This document shows, in pieces, positions 52,714-63,442 of a stretch of DNA of 64,000 bases; the first letter of the stretch is position 1, and each line of letters begins with the position of its first letter. The notes beneath the pieces are model-generated. The model saw nothing but the letters and a program-made list of their open reading frames with translations. It was not told the origin of the DNA and ran no database searches. The stretch comes from an uncultured delta proteobacterium (GTDB taxonomy: Bacteria > Desulfobacterota > Desulfobacteria > Desulfobacterales > Desulfatirhabdiaceae), in contig CAWBKP010000012.1 of the NCBI GenBank assembly GCA_963789395.1, forward strand, positions 224,001-288,000, read 5' to 3'. The translations under genes were made by a program, and so were the position numbers.

Positions 52714-53155
52714 CTATGCGCCAGCCTCGGAATTTTCCCACTTGCTGAGTGAAGCCCGAGCCGCAATCAATTTTTTATATATCCTGGCCAGCTTTTCCGC
52801 GTCTCCTTTTCTGGATGCTTTAAACAGATCTCCCTCGAGTTCAGCGACTTCGAGACGGATGTAATAGTCCAGCATTTCCTTGAGATGCGCCAAAACGATC
52901 TTGCCGGTCAGAAGGGGATGGTTATTGGTGACATTCGCATCAGGAAACTGCAACCCGTGCTCCAGTTCAACCTCCAGGCCTTGCTGAAACCACTCCACCG
53001 GAATCTGCAGCGCTTCAGATCCCACGGCGGATTGAATAATCCTGGCCTCTTCGTCCTGCACCTTCGTTTCGGTTAATTTGGTCCAGTCCCGAATACCAAG
53101 CTCCTGACAAGCGCGCATGAACTTCTTCTTTTGTAATAAAATCTGCAACAGCCAT
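52714..53155 (-). CDS. DUF5661-family protein; probable frameshift near 53120
   Basis: GLEVELEHG...NVTN..LTGKIVLAHLKE..DYY..L. ATG 53155 after AGGAGGG gives MAVADFITKEEV, which joins the ORF frame only after a 1-nt shift. Confidence 0.75.
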
Positions 53156-53496
53156 ATTCCCTCCTGATTCGCCATGATTATAATTTTCTGTTTGAAATCA
53201 ACTTCTCATGTGTAACTACAGAATTGCTGAAATTTGTCAAAGTATTTTACATGATTTTCGCTGAATCTAAAATAATGCTTGGCAAATCTTAAGCGATGTG
53301 CGATTATAACAAGTTATCATTTGTCACTACCCTGTCACAGGGGAGAAATATCGATAATTAGATTCTCACCGGGTTTCTTACCCAACGGTGGCCTTCACCG
53401 GCTCAGTCCCCCGTTTACCAAAATATCCTGCCGGATTGTTTGAGTGGCGTCGCATATCCATGCAGGCTGTCCTCAGAAAGTGTACGTGTAATAATA

Positions 53497-54903
53497 ATGA
53501 GTTTTACCCCTTTTAATCTTCACCCCAGTCTTATGAAAGGTGTTGCCGATCTTGGTTTCACCAGCCCTACACCCATTCAGCGAGACGGCATTCCGCCGGC
53601 TCTGGACGGCCGCAATGTCCTGGCTTGCGCGATGACGGGCAGCGGCAAAACCGCAGCCTTCGCACTTCCGATTTTACAGCGCCTGATGGGCGCAAAACGT
53701 GGCGGCACTCGCGCGCTGGTCCTGGCTCCCACACGGGAACTCGCAGCACAGATTGTCGAGGTTTTCAACGATCTGGCCAAGCATACGCAGATCAAGGCCG
53801 CAGCCATATACGGCGGGGTCGGAATGGAACCCCAGGAACGCGCCCTTCGCCGCGGCGTGGATATCATCGTGGCCTGTCCGGGCCGCCTGCTCGATCACAT
53901 GCAGTATCCCTATGCCAAATTTTCAGGACTCGAAGTCCTGGTGCTCGATGAGGCCGATCGCATGCTCGATATGGGCTTTTTGCCCGACATTCGCCGGATA
54001 CTGAAACAACTGCCGCCGATTGACCAGACCCTCTTTTTTTCAGCCACGCTGCCGCATGCCATTAACGATCTGTCCAAGCAAATGCTGAAGAATCCCGTGA
54101 ATCTGAACGTCGAGCGTCCTTCCGCCCCGGCTACGGGCGTTGCACAGGCGATTTTCCCGGTCCGTCAGGATCTTAAATCCGCGTTGCTGCTGGAATTGCT
54201 GCGGGGAGACGGGATCCAGAACGCACTGGTTTTCACGCGCACCAAACACCGGGCCAACCGCCTGGCCGATTTTCTGGACCGGCACGGCGTTGCCTGTGAC
54301 CGCGTTCACGGCAACCGCAGCCAGGCCCAGCGCACACAGGCCATGACCGATTTCAAAAACGGCCGTTCCCGGGTCCTGGTCGCCACCGATGTTGCCGCGC
54401 GCGGCATCGACATCGAGGCATTGTCCCATGTCGTCAACTTCGATGTCCCCCACATTCCCGATGACTACATCCACCGGGTCGGACGTACTGCAAGGGCCGG
54501 AGCCACCGGCGAAGCCTTCACCTTCGTCTCTCCGGAGGAACAAGGCGAATTGCGGGCGATCGAGCGGGCAGTTGCAAAACGCCTGCCCACGCGGACCCTG
54601 ACCGGTTTCAATTACCAGGTCAAGACCGCCGAAAGTCTTGAGATTCCGCTCGGCGAACGCATCGCGGCGATCCGCGCCCGAAAGGCCGAAGAACGGGCCA
54701 GGGCAAAGGTCAAGGCAGAGCGAAATGCCCAGTCGCCGTCCAGTCGATCGGCAGCCCGGCCCGAAGGCAGCGCCCGGCCTTCATCCCCGAGTTCTTCAAG
54801 AAGTTCTTCAAGAAGCTATGGGGCGCCGGGAAACAGTTCCGGAGGCAGCCATCCGCCGGCGCGGTCTTTTTCCCATGGAAGCCGGCAGAGACGTCCGCAA
54901 TAG
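53497..54903 (+). CDS. rhlE: DEAD-box RNA helicase (RhlE-like) with Ser/Arg-rich tail
   Basis: PTPIQ, TGSGKT, PTRELA, DEAD, SAT, ARGID and HRVGRTAR. Confidence 0.9.
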   Translation: MSFTPFNLHPSLMKGVADLGFTSPTPIQRDGIPPALDGRNVLACAMTGSGKTAAFALPILQRLMGAKRGGTRALVLAPTRELAAQIVEVFNDLAKHTQIKAAAIYGGVGMEPQERALRRGVDIIVACPGRLLDHMQYPYAKFSGLEVLVLDEADRMLDMGFLPDIRRILKQLPPIDQTLFFSATLPHAINDLSKQMLKNPVNLNVERPSAPATGVAQAIFPVRQDLKSALLLELLRGDGIQNALVFTRTKHRANRLADFLDRHGVACDRVHGNRSQAQRTQAMTDFKNGRSRVLVATDVAARGIDIEALSHVVNFDVPHIPDDYIHRVGRTARAGATGEAFTFVSPEEQGELRAIERAVAKRLPTRTLTGFNYQVKTAESLEIPLGERIAAIRARKAEERARAKVKAERNAQSPSSRSAARPEGSARPSSPSSSRSSSRSYGAPGNSSGGSHPPARSFSHGSRQRRPQ

Positions 54904-54940
54904 GATGAATTTTTCCGCGTTGATGACTCTTAAGTGAGCA

Positions 54941-55779
54941 ATGATGCGCCTTATGATTCGAATCCTTCTGACTGCTGCAGGATTATACCTGGCCTATGCG
55001 GGTCTGGTATTTTTCCTGCAGCGATCCATGATCTTCCCCCGCTTTGTGATTCCGCCATTTACCGATCCGGCAAGGCCCCAGAACGCTGAAGTCCTTACGA
55101 TCCATACCGGAGAGGAAACCGTCGAGGCATGGTTTATTCCGGCCGATGCGGCATTTACAGGCCCCGTCCCGCGGTAATATTTGCTCACGGCAACGCCGAA
55201 CTGATCGACTTCTGGCCGGAATATTTAAAGCCGTTGTCCCAAAACGGCATTCATCTCCTGCTGGTGGAATACCCCGGCTACGGCCGCTCTAAAGGCCGGC
55301 CTTCCGAAAAAAGCATCACCCGTTCGCTTATCGCGGCATACGATCAACTGGTTGCCAGAAATACGGTGGACCCCGGCAGAATCATTTTATTCGGCCGCTC
55401 CATCGGCGGGGGAGCCATCTGCAGCCTGGCAAAAGCGCGCCCATCCGCCGGGCTGATCCTGCTGTCCACTTTCACAAGCATCCGATCTTTTGCCCCGCGC
55501 TATGGCCTTTTCCCCTTTATGATCCGTGACCCCATGGACAATCTTGAGGTGTTACAGGAATACCCCCGGCCGGTTCTGATTCTTCACGGCAAGCAGGATG
55601 AACTCATTGCCTTTACCCATGCAACAGCGCTTGCGTCCGTTTCCCGAAACGCCAGGCTCATCGCCTATGACTGCGGCCACAACGACTGCCCGCCGGACTG
55701 GAATGTTTTCTGGAAGGATGTGTTTGCTTTTCTTCAGGAACACGGTATGATGAACGCATCCGGAACACAATTGAAATAG
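54941..55779 (+). CDS. Membrane-anchored alpha/beta hydrolase (BEM46/ABHD17-like), frameshift near 55170
   Basis: N-terminal TM helix, AHGNAE, EYPGYG, GRSIGG nucleophile, HGKQDE and GHND. Confidence 0.85.
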
Positions 55780-55803
55780 CGCCATTTTATCTGGAAAAAC
55801 CGT

Positions 55804-56256
55804 ATGATCATCTTTGATGGAACCTACCGATGGAAAGCGCCGATGAATTCATCATCGCGCACTTTTCGAAAAACATGGGAAATGACCTGCGAGCTGAAAG
55901 TCATTGATCTGTCTCTGGCCGAGCCCGATGTCACCCATCTGAAACGCTATGTGGTCGTGGCATTGGAAACAACACCCGGGCCCATGAAAACGAGCGTTGC
56001 AGATACCATGGGCAGACGGATATTCCGGGATTTTAATCTGAACCGGCACAATGTTTTATGGATTGAAGGGCGTTCGAACCATTTAGAATCACTGGAAGTC
56101 GCCAACTTTTCGCCGGATCCCGCACCCGGGATGGAGACCCGCTACCGTATCTCCTGGCGCCCCATCCTTTCCAACGAGCACCGTTTAATCCGCGCATTTC
56201 TGCCGGAAAGTTTCTTCGTTGCCCGAAAAGCCACGATCCATCCCATCAAAGGATAA
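55804..56256 (+). CDS. Hypothetical protein (150 aa)
   Basis: ORF fills the gap between co-oriented genes; no motif recognised. Confidence 0.65.
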   Translation: MIIFDGTYRWKAPMNSSSRTFRKTWEMTCELKVIDLSLAEPDVTHLKRYVVVALETTPGPMKTSVADTMGRRIFRDFNLNRHNVLWIEGRSNHLESLEVANFSPDPAPGMETRYRISWRPILSNEHRLIRAFLPESFFVARKATIHPIKG

Positions 56257-56264
56257 GAAAGAAC

Positions 56265-57110
56265 ATGTATTCATCCGGATCTCGTCGTCAAGCCATACTA
56301 TTTCTGGTTCTGACGGCCTTTCTCTGGAGCAGCAGCGGCCTGCTGGTCAAAATCATTTCCTGGCAGCCTCTATCGATTCTGAGCGGCCGCAGCATCCTGT
56401 CCACAGCCGTGTTCTGGATCTTTCTGAAGTGCCCTGTCCGGTTTCGCTGGACGCGTTTGCAGGTTGTCGGCGCATTCGGATATGTTGGCGCACAGCTTTT
56501 TTTCATCATGGCCACCAAACTGACAACCGCCGCCAACGCCATTTTCCTGCAGTACACGCTTCCGATTTATATCGTTATATTCGGTTACTGGTTTCTGAAT
56601 GAGCGCCCCCAGCGGGCGGACTGGATTTCACTGGCCATCATTTTTACCGGGCTTTTTCTCTTCTTTGGAGATGATTTGAATTTTGACGGATTTTCCGGCA
56701 ATATCCTGGCGATCGCCAGCGGCATGTCCATGGCGGTCATGATGCTCTGCATGCGCAAGCAAAAAGACGGAACCCCCGCCAACACCATATTGCTGGGAAA
56801 TATCATCGGCGCCGTGATCGGCCTGCCGTTTCTGCTTCAGGAAAGTTTTTCCCCTTCCAATCTCGGCATCATCGGTTATCTTGGCGTTTTTCAGATCGGG
56901 CTGTCGTTTGTCTTATACTCGATTGCGATCAAACAGGTACAGGCCCTTGAATCCACTCTTATTTTGGCCTTGGAACCTATTTTGAATCCGCTCTGGGTGT
57001 TTCTGGTCATCGGAGAAACACCCGGAAAACTGGCCCTGATCGGCGGTATGTTCGTGATCGGCGCGGTCACTGCCCGCGCGGTTGTCAGTTCGCGGACAAC
57101 CGCTGCCTGA
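56265..57110 (+). CDS. DMT/EamA-family transporter
   Basis: Ten TM helices in two repeats; TTAANAIFLQY and LEPILNPLWVFL..GE. Confidence 0.9.
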   Translation: MYSSGSRRQAILFLVLTAFLWSSSGLLVKIISWQPLSILSGRSILSTAVFWIFLKCPVRFRWTRLQVVGAFGYVGAQLFFIMATKLTTAANAIFLQYTLPIYIVIFGYWFLNERPQRADWISLAIIFTGLFLFFGDDLNFDGFSGNILAIASGMSMAVMMLCMRKQKDGTPANTILLGNIIGAVIGLPFLLQESFSPSNLGIIGYLGVFQIGLSFVLYSIAIKQVQALESTLILALEPILNPLWVFLVIGETPGKLALIGGMFVIGAVTARAVVSSRTTAA

Positions 57111-57202
57111 AAATAGTTTCACCGAAAGGCGTGATCAGCGCAAGTCGTGGTGCAGGCAGCATCAAAACCAGCGCTTCGGCTCCATTCCCCGTGATCCCGA
57201 TT

Positions 57203-57871
57203 CTATCTGGCGATCATGGCGCGCATCATGTCCGCGGCGTTTTCCGCATGATCCGAAATGCTGCCCATGTACTGCACCAGTTTGGTCAGGTGAAACGCCG
57301 AGGTGGGATTGTCGAATTCATAGGAGAGAAAATCCGATTTGAGTTTTCGCTCGACAATATCCGACTGGCTTTCAAATTCCCGAATGGCGCGAACCGCATC
57401 TTTTACTTCATCTCGATGCTTTTCCGAAAAACTGCGAAAATATTCATCAGAAACCTGAACCAGCGGCAGGACGGATCTGAACACGTCTCCGACTTTTTCC
57501 ACCATCAGCAGCAAGTCATCCACGAATTCATCCGGAACATGCGTTTTGCGATAGGAAAGCCAGTGCATGCCGTTCTGCGTACTGTCCAGCACCTTGTCCT
57601 GTTCCCGGAGATACCACAGGATCTGGAACTTATCCATGGGAAGCAAAATCCCCCGGGGCATGTGCCCGCGAATGTTCCGCTTGATGGTATCGCCCTGATG
57701 CTCGATGACTGTAATCTGATTGTGGAAATGTTCGAATTCTTCCGCTGAATCATCCAGATAGGCCAGAAACGCCTGCTGAAAAACAGGGGCCGTATCCCGG
57801 ATCAGTTCCGCATGTTTGATCAGGCCTTCAAACGGGGACTGGCGAAACAATCTTAACAACGCTGTGCGCAT
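57203..57871 (-). CDS. DUF47/TIGR00153 phosphate-transport regulator (PhoU-like)
   Basis: IEHQGD.IK..IR, ESQSD and ISDHAEN; directly downstream of a PiT gene. Confidence 0.9.
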   Translation of the reverse strand: MRTALLRLFRQSPFEGLIKHAELIRDTAPVFQQAFLAYLDDSAEEFEHFHNQITVIEHQGDTIKRNIRGHMPRGILLPMDKFQILWYLREQDKVLDSTQNGMHWLSYRKTHVPDEFVDDLLLMVEKVGDVFRSVLPLVQVSDEYFRSFSEKHRDEVKDAVRAIREFESQSDIVERKLKSDFLSYEFDNPTSAFHLTKLVQYMGSISDHAENAADMMRAMIAR

Positions 57872-57886
57872 AGCTCTCTCCCTTGA

Positions 57887-59110
57887 TTATAAAAAGATCG
57901 CCTCAAGAACCTTGAAAATAAGAATAGTTGGGATGGCCGATAGCGGAAGCGTAACGACCCAGTAGATCGTAATCTTCCATACAACACTGAAATCCACCGC
58001 ACCCAGTCCGCCGGAAAGCCCCACCCCGATAACGGCTCCAACGGCCGCATGCGTGGTTGAAACCGGGAGCCCCAGTTTGGATGCGATCAGAACTGAAGTT
58101 GCCGTTCCAAAATCAACGGCAAAGCCGCGCGTGTTATTCAGCACCGTAATTTTATGTCCGATGGTTTCAATAACCCGATATCCCCAGGTAAACACGCCCA
58201 GCGCAATGAAAAGCCCACCTCCTGCCAAAAGGAAAACTGGGACTTCGGCAGACTGGGTAATGGCCCCTGTCTGATAGATGAAATAAATCCCGGCAAGAGG
58301 CCCGATGGCGTTGGCCACGTCATTGGCGCCATGCGCCAGGGACACATAACAGGCGGTAAAAACCTGAAGCCGCCTGAAAATCTCTTCAACGCCCTCTTCT
58401 TCCAGCTTCTTGATGGTTTTTTGCATCCATAACTTGAAAAAATATCCCAATATGACACTGCATATCAATGAAACTATCACACCGGTCTGGATATCGATTC
58501 CCATTCGTTTTCCAATAGGTGTTTTGGCGATCATCGAAACCATGACGACAAAAAAAGTGGCGCCGGAAAACGCCGGCGTCCAGCGCAAAGCAGCCAAAAA
58601 GGTCTTGCGGGTTCTCAAGATGAGCTTGCGGATTGCAACGAAAATCAGGTAGGCCAGCAGCGCCGCAAAAATTGGAGAGATCATCCAGCTGAGAACAATG
58701 GGAATGATCTTTTGCCAGTGTATGGCCTTAAATCCGCCGGCCACGATGCCAAATCCGACCACGGCACCGATAATGGCATGCGTGGTGGATACCGGCAGAC
58801 TTTTCCAGGTTGCCACAAACACCCAGAAAGCCGCGGCAAAAAGGGACGCCAGCATCCCCAGCATCATGACATTCGGATCACTGACAAATTCCGACTTGAT
58901 AATGTCGTTGCAGATGGTGGAGGTGACATGGGAGCCGATAAATGTGGCCCCGACAAAATCCAGTATCCCGCCGATCACAACTGCCTGTCTCAGGGTAATG
59001 GCTTTGGCGGCAACCGGGGATGCCATGCCATTGGCGATGTCATTGGCGCCGATGTTCCATGCCATGTAAATGCCGGCCAGTATGCCCAAAAAAAGTATGA
59101 TTCCCGACAT
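57887..59110 (-). CDS. pit: PiT-family inorganic phosphate transporter
   Basis: GANDIAN and HGANDVAN signature pair; PVSTTH twice. Confidence 0.95.
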   Translation of the reverse strand: MSGIILFLGILAGIYMAWNIGANDIANGMASPVAAKAITLRQAVVIGGILDFVGATFIGSHVTSTICNDIIKSEFVSDPNVMMLGMLASLFAAAFWVFVATWKSLPVSTTHAIIGAVVGFGIVAGGFKAIHWQKIIPIVLSWMISPIFAALLAYLIFVAIRKLILRTRKTFLAALRWTPAFSGATFFVVMVSMIAKTPIGKRMGIDIQTGVIVSLICSVILGYFFKLWMQKTIKKLEEEGVEEIFRRLQVFTACYVSLAHGANDVANAIGPLAGIYFIYQTGAITQSAEVPVFLLAGGGLFIALGVFTWGYRVIETIGHKITVLNNTRGFAVDFGTATSVLIASKLGLPVSTTHAAVGAVIGVGLSGGLGAVDFSVVWKITIYWVVTLPLSAIPTILIFKVLEAIFL

Positions 59111-59252
59111 GAAAATCTCCTGAATGAATTCCGACGGCTAAGCAAATAAATCGCCAGCAACTATTTTTGTTCAGTTTGCAGCGGATATAATGCGCGCAGG
59201 AGTATTTGTCAACCGAATCTCAAAATAACTCGATGTGCCGGAGCAGACAGGA

Positions 59253-59552
59253 TTATGCAAAGTCATAAATCAACACCCGGGACCAGAACGGTCCGAACTG
59301 CCTGACAAATGCCTGGTGAAGCGGATGGATCTGATAGGCGTCATGATCCTGGATTGTGTCGAACAAAACGGTCACTGCAAGGGAATAGGACGAATCGATG
59401 ACGGGCCGGTCTCCGGTTCCGGCAGGCGCCCCGATATACACCCCCCGGGTGTGCTCGATCGCCTTGAGGGATTCGAGGCCTTGGCGAAATCCTGACCGCT
59501 GAGCGTCTGAAAGATCATCTTTGAGCCAGAAAACAACAATGTGTGACAGCAT
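59253..59552 (-). CDS. Dabb-family stress-responsive alpha/beta-barrel protein
   Basis: HIVVFWLK...YQIHPLH..F...YD; ATG 59552 after AGGAGG. Confidence 0.88.
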   Translation of the reverse strand: MLSHIVVFWLKDDLSDAQRSGFRQGLESLKAIEHTRGVYIGAPAGTGDRPVIDSSYSLAVTVLFDTIQDHDAYQIHPLHQAFVRQFGPFWSRVLIYDFA

Positions 59553-59666
59553 AAATCCTCCTTGGTTATGAACGGCAATGGCTTGATCGCAACGGCAAAG
59601 ACGGTTTTCCGGCTCCGGGCCCGGCGTTTGTAATACCGGCAACAGCATGAGAAACCGGTTTGCATA

Positions 59667-60389
59667 TCACAATCCGATTATCAGGGCGCTGAACCCTGCT
59701 ATCCCAATCAGGACAAACCAGTCGGATCTGCAGGAGGCAAACGCCAATGGTCGACTGTTTCCCGGTGAATAGCATCTGGCCTCCATGGCCTCCGCCAGCT
59801 TGTCTGCCGTCTCCAGGGCACGACAGAGCAGCGGTAGCGAAAATTTAACGGTTCGGTACACCGGATTTTTTCTATTCTGAATGCACCGGCATTGCTGGGC
59901 CGCTGAAGTTTCCCGTGCCTGCTCCACGATAACCGGCAGAAATCTGACCATCAGACTCATCATGGTCGCGACCTGTTTACCGGGTAATCCGGGAAATGGT
60001 CTGCAGAACCACTCAACAGCCGCGCGGATACCGGAGGGACGGGTGGTAATCATCCACAATACGCCAAGAAACGTCAAAATGATCAGTCGCCAGCAGATCA
60101 TCAGACCATCAACAGCACCTGCCGGGTCAAATGCAATCAATGTGCCTGACTCACCGGAAAAAAAGGAAACCGTCACAGCCCGAGCCAGAAAAACGACGAC
60201 CAGCAAAACACCGAGATAACGAAAATGATGAATGAGCGCAGATATCGGGAATCGTATGCATATAAAAAACACCGAACACGGAAGCAGGAGGAAAGTCAGA
60301 CCGGTTGCATCCGCCTTCAGAACAGCGATGCTCAGAAGTGCCAAACACGCCATTTTGATGCGGACATCCATCTTCTCCAGGTTTATCAT
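59667..60389 (-). CDS. ECF transporter T component (BioN/EcfT)
   Basis: DVRIK, hydrophobic helices, AQQCR and AMEARCY motifs; ATGA overlap with the ATPase stop. Confidence 0.85.
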   Translation of the reverse strand: MINLEKMDVRIKMACLALLSIAVLKADATGLTFLLLPCSVFFICIRFPISALIHHFRYLGVLLVVVFLARAVTVSFFSGESGTLIAFDPAGAVDGLMICWRLIILTFLGVLWMITTRPSGIRAAVEWFCRPFPGLPGKQVATMMSLMVRFLPVIVEQARETSAAQQCRCIQNRKNPVYRTVKFSLPLLCRALETADKLAEAMEARCYSPGNSRPLAFASCRSDWFVLIGIAGFSALIIGL

Positions 60390-61139
60390 CTCTGAAGGGC
60401 TTCCATTCGACAGGCACAGGGCATTTTTACGCCGGCGCATTCAACATCTTGAATCACATCTTCAAATAACCCATCCTTGATGATCGATCCGTTTTTCATC
60501 AGGATCAAGCGGTCGGCATGTTCCATTGTTTTTTCCAGATCATGGGTTGAAAGAATGATGGTCTTGCCTGCCTGGTGCAGTTGAACGATCCGCGAGAGAA
60601 CCTGAAGCATGCCGGAATAGTCCAGGTTGGCAAAGGGCTCATCCAGAACCAGAACCCGGGGTTCCATCGCCAGGATGCCGGCAATGGCCAGACGGCGTTT
60701 TTCGCCTCCGGAAAGTCTGTGAGGTTTCTGCGCAGCCAGATTTTCCAGGCCGACCGAGGACAAGGCCCATGTCACCCGCCGGATCACCTCAGTCGGGACT
60801 CAGGCATAAATTTTCCGGTCCGAAAGCCACATCATCATAAACCGTTTCGCCGACGATTTGACTGTCCGCGTCCTGAAAAACCAGCCCCACCATCTGGCGC
60901 GCCCTCAGCATGTCAGCGGATACCGAAATCCCGTCCAGCTTGACATCTCCGGTGTCCGGCGTCAAAAGCCCGTTCAGGTGTCTGAAAAGCGTGGTTTTGC
61001 CGGAACCGTTATGGCCGGCAACCACGACAAATTCCCCTTTGTCAATTTTCAGGGAAATATCGTCAATCCCGAGGCTGCCGTCCGGAAACCGATGGCTGAG
61101 ACGAGTCACCTCAATAATCGGGTTACAATCCGGCGTCAT
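60386..61139 (-). CDS. ECF transporter ATPase (BioM/EcfA), frameshift near 60795
   Basis: GHNGSGKTT, VFQDADSQ, DVAFGPEN, LSGGEKRR and DEPFANLD. Confidence 0.88.
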
Positions 61140-61666
61140 CTGCGGATGTAATCTTTCAGCAGCCCGGCAATGGGAACCGCCGCAGCAATTTTAAGCGCAT
61201 CTCCGGGTAAAAACGGATACAGACCAGCGACCAGGGCTTTTGACCAGGCCATGCCTGTCACCGCTTTCAACCAGGGGACGCCGCAGGCATAGACGATCAG
61301 CGCGCCCGCAGTCATGGCCATGACGGAAAATACGGGCTTTTTCGGCAATTTTTCAGAGAGAGTTCCAATAACGAAAACCGCCGGCAGATACCCCAGCAGA
61401 TACCCGCCGGTCGGCCCTGCCAGTTTGGCGATACCGCCGGTTCCGCCCGAAAAAATCGGAAGACCCATCGCACCGGTCATCAGATAAATGGCAACGCTCC
61501 ATACCCCCCATCTGCAGCCCAGAAGAAGCCCGGCCAGAAACACGAATAAATTCTGAAGGGCAATGGGAACCGGTCCGATGGGAATCGCCAGAAATGCGCC
61601 TGCTGCCGTCAGTGCCGCAAACAAAGATGCATAGACCATCATGCGAAGGTGGTTTGTTGAGTTCAT
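61136..61666 (-). CDS. bioY: Biotin ECF S component BioY
   Basis: PVPIALQ, GLPIFSGG, GPTGGYL and PFLPGDALK. Confidence 0.95.
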   Translation of the reverse strand: MNSTNHLRMMVYASLFAALTAAGAFLAIPIGPVPIALQNLFVFLAGLLLGCRWGVWSVAIYLMTGAMGLPIFSGGTGGIAKLAGPTGGYLLGYLPAVFVIGTLSEKLPKKPVFSVMAMTAGALIVYACGVPWLKAVTGMAWSKALVAGLYPFLPGDALKIAAAVPIAGLLKDYIRR

Positions 61667-61679
61667 AATGTTAACTTTA

Positions 61680-61704
61680 GAATTTGTATCGGATTTCGAT
61701 ATTC
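61680..61704 (-). repeat. Solo heptamer-family repeat arm between birA and bioY
   Basis: gaatttgtatcggatttcgatattc; reverse complement gaatatcgaaatccgatacaaattc resembles the 18226-18250 tract. Confidence 0.55.
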
Positions 61705-61763
61705 ATCGATTTTCCGGTTCGGCCTTTTTATCCGGACATGATTTGATTTTTCATTAAAAAGCT

Positions 61764-62693
61764 TCACTCCTGGTTCATGCAGTCACCGTACAGAACGTTC
61801 TTGTGTGAACCGTCCGGCAGCTCCAGAATCAGCGCCCCGGCCGCATCGATATCCAGAGCCCGGCCCGTGGATGTTTCCAGCGGGGTAATCACTGAAACGC
61901 GCCTTCCCAGCGTGCAGTTCAATGCTTTCCATTCAGGAATGGCTTTCTCCAGATTGTCATTCGCCCCATCAAGATAGGCTTGATATTCATCCAGGAAACG
62001 TGCCAGAATTTCTTTTCGGGACACCGGTTTTCCCAGAAGGTTTTGAAGAGAGCAGGCATTGGGTTCATGATCCGTCGGGTCGTTGTTGACGTTGATACCG
62101 ATTCCAACCGTGATAAACGAGACCATTTCCGCTTCGGTTTCCATTTCAGAGAGCATTCCCGATAGCTTTTTGCCGTCAATGAGAATGTCATTCGGCCATT
62201 TGACGGCGGCATTCAACCCGGTCAGTCTCCGGACCGTCCGGCAAAGCGCCAGGGATGCCGCAAAATTGACCCGGAAACTCCATTGGAGCGGAATGACAGG
62301 TCGAAGAATCAGGGTGAAATACAGTCCCCCATCGTCTGAATACCAGGTACGGCGCAGCCTGCCCCGCCCGCTGGTTTGCCGGCCCGCAATCACAACGCTG
62401 AAATGGGGAGCTCCCTTACGCGCCATTTCCCTTGCAATGTCCATGGTGGAAGAAACTTCAGGGAAATAATGAATCAAGGCTTCGCGCTGTGGAAATTCCC
62501 AGGGGAACGGGATGTCCGGCGATCCCAGAAGTTGATACCCCCTGGCGCTTGCTTCAATTTGATATCCACTTTCCTGAAGCTTTTGAATGTGCTTCCACAC
62601 CGATACCCGAGAGATCCCGAGCGATGCGCTCAAGGTTTCTCCGGATACAGTGTCTTGTGTTGATCGGAACAGGCCGAGGATTTTGGATTTCAT
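61764..62693 (-). CDS. birA: Bifunctional biotin ligase/repressor (group II BirA)
   Basis: N-terminal HTH (SGE.LS..LGISRVSVWKHI), QTSGRGR, KWPND and KKLSGML. Confidence 0.95.
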   Translation of the reverse strand: MKSKILGLFRSTQDTVSGETLSASLGISRVSVWKHIQKLQESGYQIEASARGYQLLGSPDIPFPWEFPQREALIHYFPEVSSTMDIAREMARKGAPHFSVVIAGRQTSGRGRLRRTWYSDDGGLYFTLILRPVIPLQWSFRVNFAASLALCRTVRRLTGLNAAVKWPNDILIDGKKLSGMLSEMETEAEMVSFITVGIGINVNNDPTDHEPNACSLQNLLGKPVSRKEILARFLDEYQAYLDGANDNLEKAIPEWKALNCTLGRRVSVITPLETSTGRALDIDAAGALILELPDGSHKNVLYGDCMNQE

Positions 62694-62702
62694 TGCGGTG
62701 AT

Positions 62703-62759
62703 CGATTTTCGTTAGCCATAATGTATTGTCAGGTTAACGAAAATCGGAATATCTGTCAA
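62703..62759 (-). promoter_or_regulatory. BirA operator (14-bp arms, 16-bp spacer) overlapping a sigma70 promoter of the birA-bioY-ECF operon
   Basis: cgattttcGTTAGC-N16-GTTAACgaaaatcg (62703-62746) with 13/14 inverted match; minus-strand TTGACA (62759-62754)-N17-TAACCT. Confidence 0.8.
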
Positions 62760-62794
62760 GCCGATTAATTTAAATGGATCATGAGAATCGCGCA

Positions 62795-63442
62795 TCATCG
62801 GTTTTGCAGCACTGAAAAAATGCGGTTTTGAGGGATTGAACCGTCTCTTAGAATCATTGGCGGGTCCTGGCTTACATCCAGGATGGTTGAACCCGCACCG
62901 CCTTTCAGCGGCCCGGCATCCAGGATCATATCCACTGCTGCCGCAACGGCAGGATCAATATCGGTTATCCGCGAACAGCCGTTCAGGCCGGAGATATTGG
63001 CGCTGGTAGCCGTGATGGGTCTTCCGACAGCCCGAACCAGGAGCCGGGCTATCGGATAAACAGGCAGCCGAATACCGATTTTTCCGGTTCCTGCGGTAAG
63101 ACTCGGCAGAAGGCCGATGCCGGCCTTGAAAATCAGGGTGAGTTTTCCGGGCCAGAGTGCGGTCATGATTCGCACCGCTGCATCGGGAATATCTTGAACC
63201 AGATTTTGAATGTCCCGAATATCCGGAACCAGGATCAGAATGGGTTTATCCACCGGCCGCTGTTTGATGGCAAACACCTTTTCAACAGCAGCGGGGTTGG
63301 AAGCATCCGCGGCCAATCCGTAAAGACTGGTCGTTGGAAAGACCACAACCCCGCCGCTGCAAATAATCCGCGCCGCCTCGTTGATGGCGTCCTCTTGCGG
63401 GTGTTTGGCGTTGATCCGGCAAATTTTATCATCGAGATTCAA
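62795..63442 (-). CDS. tsaC: Threonylcarbamoyl-AMP synthase (TsaC/YrdC/Sua5)
   Basis: VFPTTSLYGL, IKQRP..KP, WPGKLT, TSANISG and STI. Confidence 0.92.
   Translation of the reverse strand: MNLDDKICRINAKHPQEDAINEAARIICSGGVVVFPTTSLYGLAADASNPAAVEKVFAIKQRPVDKPILILVPDIRDIQNLVQDIPDAAVRIMTALWPGKLTLIFKAGIGLLPSLTAGTGKIGIRLPVYPIARLLVRAVGRPITATSANISGLNGCSRITDIDPAVAAAVDMILDAGPLKGGAGSTILDVSQDPPMILRDGSIPQNRIFSVLQNR

Noticed and set aside
54791..54816. 12-bp tandem repeat agttcttcaaga x2
   Set aside because: It encodes the low-complexity SSSR tail of the helicase; only two units, not an array.
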